A stretch of 37,974 nucleotides of DNA, from assembly GCA_021404985.1 (NCBI GenBank), contig QWHP01000002.1, forward strand, positions 1-37,974, written 5' to 3'. Of this stretch, positions 25,994 through 31,800 are shown piece by piece (position 1 is the first letter of the stretch; every line of letters begins with the position of its first letter). This DNA comes from Actinobacteria bacterium ATB1. GTDB lineage: Bacteria; Actinomycetota; Acidimicrobiia; UBA2766. Below the pieces are notes generated by a model. That model did not search any database. It had not been told where the DNA came from and saw only the letters and a list, made by a program, of their open reading frames with translations. The position numbers and the translations under genes are program-made.

Positions 25994-26044
25994 CCACGTG
26001 GGCGGATCCAACCACCACATAGTTGCCCAAATCCGCCCACGTCG
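25994..26044. repeat. 51-bp palindromic intergenic repeat, copy C
   Basis: CCACGTGGGCGGATC-CAACCACCACATAGTTGCCCAA-ATCCGCCCACGTCG. Arms pair 13/14. The loop has the same length as in A/B but is divergent. It starts 7 nt after the aldolase stop, between converging genes. Confidence 0.8.
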
Positions 26045-26074
26045 CTGGCGGTCGGCCCACACGGGCCGTGGGAC

Positions 26075-26439
26075 TCACTCGGCCCAGGGGCCGACCCCTC
26101 CGATCCGGTCCACGCTTATGTGGATGACGTGTCCCGGCGGCGGGTTGTCGAATGGCGGGAACTTCACACCGGGACCGACGTAGACCTCAGCCAGCTCCTG
26201 CAGGAGCTCGCCGAGTTGGTTCCCTCGGCCTCGACGGTGAGGGCGACACGAGGGTCACGGGCGATGTTGGTCACCTTGCGGCCGCTCATGAGATGGGCGA
26301 TGACCACCTCGTCACCCTCGAGGCCGATCCAGACGAGGCTCACCTGCGGACTGCCGTCGGGATTGAGCGTTGTCAGGTGCCCCAGGCGTCCCGCCGTGAG
26401 CGCGTTCCGAACATCTTGGGTGAGCTTCGTGTCAGGCAT
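26075..26439 (-). pseudogene. PPOX-class (pyridoxamine-5'-phosphate-oxidase-fold, F420-type) protein gene with one frameshift
   Basis: MPDTKLTQDVRNALTAGRLGHLTTLNPDGSPQVSLVWIGLEGDEVVIAHLMSGRKVTNIARDPRVALTVEAEG runs in one frame. The continuation NQLGELLQELAEVYVGPGVKFPPFDNPPPGHVIHISVDRIGGVGPWAE-stop is in another. The switch is at ~26221. Confidence 0.7.
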
Positions 26440-26511
26440 GGACCAACTATGGCACAAGGCGCGGAGAGCGGCACGAGTAGGACACACACGACCTCGAGCA
26501 CGGGGTACCGG

Positions 26512-27056
26512 TCAACTCTCGAGGTCGATATCGTCGGGCATCGGCCCAGCGGCCCCACGCGGCAGCGTCTCATACACCGCACGGCCACGAGGACTCCCGA
26601 CGCGGCCGTGACCGCTGCAACGGCGTAGATGGCGGCGGTCAGGCCGAGAACGTCGGCGACCACCCCGGCGAACAACGCGCCCACAGCGAACCCTCCGTCG
26701 CGCCACAGCCTGTAGACCCCGACAGCTCGCGCTCGCCAAGTCGGATGAGCCACATCCCCGACCACTGCCGGGAGCGTGGGGTACACCATCGCCGTTCCCG
26801 CACCGAGAAGAAACGCCCCCGTCGCCCACGTCCAGAATCCTTCCGTGGCGGCGACCAGCGCGAATCGTCGCGACTTGCGTGAGCCCTCCGACGATGAGCC
26901 ACTTTCGCCCTATGCGGTCCGACAGGCCTCCGGTGACGAGCTGTCCCAGCCCCCACGCGGCCCCGGGTAGAGCGCCGCGAGGATGCCGATGCTCGCCACC
27001 CAGAGCCCGGAGACCGCTAAGTGGAGGGAGAACAGCCTCCAGGCAAGCCCGTTGTT
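26512..27056 (-). pseudogene. MFS transporter, C-terminal half only, at least three frameshifts
   Basis: GLAWRLFSLHLAVSGLWVASIGILAALYP, then a shift at ~26962. AAWGLGQLVTGGLSDRIGRKWLIVGGL, then ~26865. FALVAATEGFWTWATGAFLLGAGTAMVYPTLPAVVGDVAHPTWRARAVGVYRLWRDGGFAVGAL...VLVAVR, then ~26575. YETLPRGAAGPMPDDIDLES-stop. No N-terminal six-helix half is present. Confidence 0.65.
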
Positions 27057-27119
27057 GAGGGTTGTTAACCATCCCGGCCTGCGAGCATGGGAGGACCTCA
27101 CCGCCGCCCTCGGCACCGA

Positions 27120-27454
27120 AGACTTGATCCTGCTCGACGTGCGACCCTTGGCCGAGTACGAGGCGGGACCATGTCGCGAGATCCTCGTACTCGGACAAGC
27201 CTTCGAGGGCAACGTAGACGAAGCCCTTCATCGACCTCCCCGTGAAGTCCATCTCACGCGCATGCGGAAACTCCAAGGCGTCCTCCCGTGCGTCAGGACC
27301 GACGCGCGCCATGAGCTCGCCACCCACGACCCCCATGGCCATGTTGCCGTGGCAGAGGAAGGCGAGCCCGCCGAACATCTTCCGCTCCGACAGGGTCGTC
27401 GACATGTGCCGTGGCGGCCCGGACCCGTTCGGCCAAGCACTCGTCGTAGACCGT
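27120..27454 (-). pseudogene. TfoX N-terminal-domain protein gene, frameshifted and lacking a canonical start and stop
   Basis: (T)VYDECLAERVRAATAHVDD runs in one frame, beginning at ACG 27452-27454 just after a TGA. SERKMFGGLAFLCHGNMAMGVVGGELMARVGPDAREDALEFPHAREMDFTGRSMKGFVYVALEGLSEYEDLATW is in another, with the switch at ~27393. The ORF then runs on without a stop into the MFS remnant. Confidence 0.55.
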
Positions 27455-27662
27455 GCGGCGAGAGTATCAGCGCGCACCTCTTGCCTCAGCGGCACACATC
27501 TTCCAGGAAGTCGAAGACGCGTTCGTCCCGCAGGCTCTGCACCGCTGGTTCACAGTGCCAGTCCGCGCCCTCGTCGCTCGAGAAATGGGGATGCACTTCT
27601 CGCAGCGGAGGGTCTCGTAGAACCGCCTGGACTGGCTTGGGTGATGCGTGCAGGCTGCGGGG

Positions 27663-28460
27663 TCACTTCACGGCCTGGAGCGACCACTTCATCCCGACGC
27701 TCTCACCGCCGTCGACGGCGATCGCCTGACCCGTGACGAAACTCGCCTCGTCGCTCGCCAGCCAGGCCGCGACAGCCGAGACGTCGTCGACGGTGCCGGC
27801 CCGGCCCATCGGCGGCCGGAACGCCATCATCTGCTCGATCTGCTCGACCTGATCTGCGTTCGCGTCACCGGCACCGAAGAGCCCGAGGACCATGTTCGTG
27901 GCAACGCCACCGGGACAGATGGCGTTCACGCGGACGCCCCGCTCACCCAGTTCGAGCGCGGCTCGTTTCGTGAGGTGCACGAGTGCCGCCTTCGCCGTCC
28001 CGTAGACATGGGGCCCGTTCCCCGGCTCGAGCGCCGCAACGCTGGCCGTGCTGACGATTGAACCGCTGCCCTGCTCGACCATGACCGCCCCGGCATGTTT
28101 CATGCCGAAGAACGCACCGCGCAGGAGGAGCGCCATTGTCGCATCCCAGTCCTCGGCTGCGATGTCGAGGATCGAACCTCGCACTCCGATCGCCCCGGCG
28201 TTGTTGCACATGACGTCGAGCCGGCCGTGGCGCGCGACGGCCGAGGCGACGAGGTCTGCCACATCTGCCTCGACCGTCACGTCGCATCGCTCGAAGGTTG
28301 CGGCTGACCCTAACGCAGCCGCCGCCTCCTCTCCCTCCCCGACGAGGACGTCACCGAGCACGACCTTGGCACCCTCCTCGAGAAAGCGTCCGGCCATCCC
28401 GAAGCCCAGGCCTCGGGCCCCGCCGGTGACGACGGCGACCTTCCCGTCGAGTAGCCCCAT
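27663..28460 (-). CDS. SDR family oxidoreductase (classical)
   Basis: VVTGGARGLGFG (TGxxxGxG), NNAG, STASVAAL, YGTAKAAL (YxxxK), ICPGGVAT. 265 aa. Confidence 0.9.
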   Translation of the reverse strand: MGLLDGKVAVVTGGARGLGFGMAGRFLEEGAKVVLGDVLVGEGEEAAAALGSAATFERCDVTVEADVADLVASAVARHGRLDVMCNNAGAIGVRGSILDIAAEDWDATMALLLRGAFFGMKHAGAVMVEQGSGSIVSTASVAALEPGNGPHVYGTAKAALVHLTKRAALELGERGVRVNAICPGGVATNMVLGLFGAGDANADQVEQIEQMMAFRPPMGRAGTVDDVSAVAAWLASDEASFVTGQAIAVDGGESVGMKWSLQAVK

Positions 28461-28506
28461 GTGTGCTCTCCTCTCGTCGGGCGACCCCGCCGGTGCGGGG
28501 GCGGTA

Positions 28507-30261
28507 TCAGAGCTTGTTCAAGTTCCACCACGGATTGACGACGAGGTCGTAGGCATCCTGGTGCACCCAGACGCGATCCGGGTCACCGTCGAGGAACTGG
28601 GCCCACTGGCTGGTGTCGGCGACGGAGACGCTGCCGGGGTCGAGCGAGATCAGCTCGGCGTTGAACAGGGACCCGTCGTAATAGACACGGTCGGCAATGC
28701 CGTTCGTCCAGTACGTGAGGTCCTTCGCCGCGGCCCAGTCGCGGGACGCGAGGACGGTGGTCCTAGAACCCACGGGCGGGAGGGTGAACGAAGATGTGAA
28801 GGCCGTCGAGCCCGAGCCGACCGTCGTGTCCACGACGTCCGCGCCGAAGGTGTGCGTCAGCGGGTATGGGTTCGCGAAGAGGTTCACCGGGTCGAGGGCA
28901 CGTTCGCTGGCCCGTGACTCGATCACCAGGGAACGCGTGGCTACGCCGTCGGTGACGTACGTGGTCCATTGCGCCCGCAATCCCGGTGAGGCGCCGGCGA
29001 GCTTGAAGACGTTGAGGCTCAGCCAGTGATCCGCCTCCGTGTCGTCATCCTGAAGGCGAACGGGTGCAAGGGAGAGATTCGGCGGGAGGTCGAGGGCGGC
29101 CTCGAGCGCAGCGAGTTCATCGTCGGGGATACGCCAGTGCCAGTAGACCGACGGTGGAGTCTCCTCGATTGTCGACCGCACGGTCGGCTCGCCCTGGCCG
29201 GTGTAGATGTTCATGGCGTTGAGAAGTGCGAATCCGCCGTACATCTGGTTCTTGAACCCGAGCAGCGATCCACGCGTGCTCGGCGGAACGCGACCGTCGG
29301 GCTCCGTGACGTTCCACCAGGGTCCGATGACGAACTCGAGGTCGTCGAGGTACACGAGCACGTGTCCCGGTACAGGGTCGATGAAGGGCACCCAGTCCGA
29401 GTCGTCGTCGATCGTGACGTCGGCGAGGTCGACCGAGATCATCTGTGCGCTGTGCGCCTTGGCGTTGTGGAAGGCATGGTCGTTCACGCCGTTCTTCCAG
29501 TAGATGAAGTCGTTCGCCGCGACCCACTCGCGTGTCGGCACGACGTACTGGCGATCCGGGGGATCAGGGAGCGCTATCTCGGACGTGAAGAAGTTCTTCG
29601 GGGTCAGCTTCGGAAGGAAGCCGAAGAGGAGCTCCGTGCGCTTCATCGCGGTTCGGATGACGGAGTCCGACCCGAGCGCGTGGGTGAAGGGTTCCGGGAA
29701 CGCCAGTGGGCCGACCGGGTCGACCGAGCCCTTTGCAGCGCGGGCGCGGACGATCATGAAGCGGGGCGATCCTGACCCGTCGTTGACGTAGGTGGACCAT
29801 TCGGCGCGCAGACCCGTCGTTATCCCCCGCACGCTGTACACGTTGAGGCTCAACCAGTATCTCGGGACGGGATCACTCTCGAGTATCCGGACCTTCGCCA
29901 GGGAGAAGGCCGTGGGAAGCGGGATCGAGGCAGCGAAGGCGGCTGCCTGGTCGTCGGGGATGACGTAGTTCACGAATATCGAGTTCGGGGAGTCGACGAC
30001 CGTGAAGTCGATGATCGGCTGCTGCAGTCCGGCCGAGATCCTGTTGGCATCCTGGAGCGCCATCGAGCCGTAGTGCTCCCGCTTGATGTTCTTGCGCTGT
30101 GCCTTCTCGGTCGGGGTGAGCGCGTCCGCCGACGCGGCCGTCGACGGCATGAGCGTCGCGGCGAGGATCGCGAGCACCGCGACCAAGGCGATCCAGGCGC
30201 TGCGTCGTGGACGGCTCGCGGGTGTCCGGTTCCGGTCCTGTCTCATATTCCCCACTGTCAT
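28507..30261 (-). CDS. secreted protein built from two tandem copies of an unassigned ~220-aa domain
   Basis: Signal peptide ...RPRRSAWIALVAVLAILAATLMPSTAASA/DA. The two halves align: IPDD..LP..SLA.VR..WLSLNV..GLRA.W.TYV.DG...DPV...THxxG...R.W.AA.D..YW.NG...IS.D...W..F.D..P..V.V..D....V..PWWN. ATG 30261 follows GGGAGGA. ATG 30291 and ATG 30246 are alternative starts. Confidence 0.8.
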   Translation of the reverse strand: MTVGNMRQDRNRTPASRPRRSAWIALVAVLAILAATLMPSTAASADALTPTEKAQRKNIKREHYGSMALQDANRISAGLQQPIIDFTVVDSPNSIFVNYVIPDDQAAAFAASIPLPTAFSLAKVRILESDPVPRYWLSLNVYSVRGITTGLRAEWSTYVNDGSGSPRFMIVRARAAKGSVDPVGPLAFPEPFTHALGSDSVIRTAMKRTELLFGFLPKLTPKNFFTSEIALPDPPDRQYVVPTREWVAANDFIYWKNGVNDHAFHNAKAHSAQMISVDLADVTIDDDSDWVPFIDPVPGHVLVYLDDLEFVIGPWWNVTEPDGRVPPSTRGSLLGFKNQMYGGFALLNAMNIYTGQGEPTVRSTIEETPPSVYWHWRIPDDELAALEAALDLPPNLSLAPVRLQDDDTEADHWLSLNVFKLAGASPGLRAQWTTYVTDGVATRSLVIESRASERALDPVNLFANPYPLTHTFGADVVDTTVGSGSTAFTSSFTLPPVGSRTTVLASRDWAAAKDLTYWTNGIADRVYYDGSLFNAELISLDPGSVSVADTSQWAQFLDGDPDRVWVHQDAYDLVVNPWWNLNKL

Positions 30262-30312
30262 GGTTCCTCCCTCACGGTCGTTCCCTCTCATCCGATAGTT
30301 CTGCGGTCGTTT

Positions 30313-31296
30313 TCAGGCTGCGGCCAGCCGGCCCTCCTCCCGCAGCCAGGCAGCGACGTCATCGACGATGTCCCGCATAGACGGCGGGTCGTAGCCGAGC
30401 TCGGCGATCGCCTTGTCCGAGCACGTGTACCAACAGTGCGTCATCGCCAAGGCGAACGTCCTCGTGATAACGGGCGGCCTGCGCGTGATCGCAGCGACGG
30501 CCTCCAGCGCTGCGCCCACGGTCCAGAGTGCGGGCACCGGAAGGACGAACCGTGGCGGCGATCCGCCGGTGACCTCGGCGATGATGCGGGCCAGCTCCAT
30601 CTGCGGGGCGTTCTCGCCGCCGAGCAGATAGTTCTCGCCGGTACCGCCCCTCTCGTAGGCCGCGAGGTGGGCAAGCGCGACCGCGTGGTTGTGACAGTAA
30701 CTGGTGTCGGTCGGGAACACGAACGGAAGGCGGTTCCGGGCGATCTGTTCGAACAGGATCGTGAAGTTCGGATCCCTAGGTCCGAGGATCGCCGCCGGGT
30801 TGAGGATCACGGCGTCCAATCCCTTGTCCACCCCCGCCCGGACCTCGCACTCCCCGAGGTACTTCGTGCGGTCGTAGTTCACGGGTGAGTCGAGAGCCCG
30901 CGACGTCAGGCCTTCGTGAAGAGGCTCGTCCTGGCGGCCGTATGCGGCACCGCTCGACGTGTACACGAATCGACCTGCGCTGCGCTCGAGGGAGGCCTGC
31001 ACGAGGGCCCTTGTCCCGAGGACGTTGTCGCGGTACTGGGCGTCGAACTCCTTGGGCCAGAACGTGCTGTTGCCCGCGACGTGGAACACGCCGTCGACCC
31101 CGTGGGGCATCACTTTGGCGACGCTGGCGGCATCGTGCAGATCGGCTTCGACCCATTCGACCTCGCGTCCGGCGAGCGCGCTCCGGTCCGAGGTCGGCCT
31201 GCATGCCGCCGTGACGGTCCAGCCGGCGTCGAGGAGAACCATGGCGACCTCGGAGCCGACGAACCCCGACGCGCCTGTGACGAATGCGTGTGGCAT
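30313..31296 (-). CDS. NAD-dependent epimerase/dehydratase (extended SDR; 3-beta-HSD/HpnA-like)
   Basis: ATG 31296 follows GGGAGG. AFVTGASGFVGSEV (GxxGxxG), YTSSGAAYG, YDRTK (YxxxK). Confidence 0.85.
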   Translation of the reverse strand: MPHAFVTGASGFVGSEVAMVLLDAGWTVTAACRPTSDRSALAGREVEWVEADLHDAASVAKVMPHGVDGVFHVAGNSTFWPKEFDAQYRDNVLGTRALVQASLERSAGRFVYTSSGAAYGRQDEPLHEGLTSRALDSPVNYDRTKYLGECEVRAGVDKGLDAVILNPAAILGPRDPNFTILFEQIARNRLPFVFPTDTSYCHNHAVALAHLAAYERGGTGENYLLGGENAPQMELARIIAEVTGGSPPRFVLPVPALWTVGAALEAVAAITRRPPVITRTFALAMTHCWYTCSDKAIAELGYDPPSMRDIVDDVAAWLREEGRLAAA

Positions 31297-31307
31297 GACC
31301 GGCCTCC

Positions 31308-31751
31308 CTACTCCATGCTCCTGACGACGGCCCTGTAGGCCTTCGAGACGCGAGGGAACGCGTCGATCATGTCGCCCCATAGGTCGAAGTAGTCCCGATG
31401 GTCGACTACCAGGCAGTCGTCATCGAGCCTCAGCCGCGACGCGCCGTAGTTGCGCATGACGGGCATCTGACGCCTGGCTCTGAAAGCCATCGTCCACTCG
31501 ACGAAAATCACGTTTCCTTCCTGGACGGCCTCGTGGACGTCGCAGCTCAGCTCGGAGACTCGCTTCGGGAAGCGCAGCATCATCTCGATGACCGCGTCCC
31601 TGCCGTGGACCTCCTGGATGGCGTCCCGGAAACGGACATCGGGGTGGTAGTGCTCCCTGATGATCGACACGTCCACCCCCTCCCCGCTCGGTGACTTGCC
31701 GCGGAACGAGAACATGCGCCTTGCGGTCTCGACGTCGAACACTTCACCCAT
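31308..31751 (-). CDS. NTF2-like / SnoaL-like small protein
   Basis: 147 codons after GGAAGGTGAGGA. Size and pattern (HYHPDVRFRDAIQEVHGRDAVIEMM...GNVIFVEWTMAF...) fit the NTF2-like cone fold. Fold call only, no catalytic motif verified. Confidence 0.55.
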   Translation of the reverse strand: MGEVFDVETARRMFSFRGKSPSGEGVDVSIIREHYHPDVRFRDAIQEVHGRDAVIEMMLRFPKRVSELSCDVHEAVQEGNVIFVEWTMAFRARRQMPVMRNYGASRLRLDDDCLVVDHRDYFDLWGDMIDAFPRVSKAYRAVVRSME

Positions 31752-31800
31752 CTTTGGGTCCTCACCTTCCTCGCTGCTGTGAATCCCTGTGTCGGGCCGA

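Noticed and set aside
27085-27165. Rhodanese-like 27-aa stretch on the + strand (EDLILLDVRPLAEYEAG)
   Set aside because: It is too short, has no active-site loop and no start or stop context, and lies within other remnant frames. It is mentioned only as a possible scrap, not annotated.
7020-27470. All frameshifts being sequencing or assembly errors
   Set aside because: Considered seriously, since several indels are in short homopolymer runs. It is only partly rejected. Two lesions are substitutions to stop codons, one gene lacks two thirds of its length and another lacks half. The longest ORFs in the window are untouched. Read-level confirmation is still needed.
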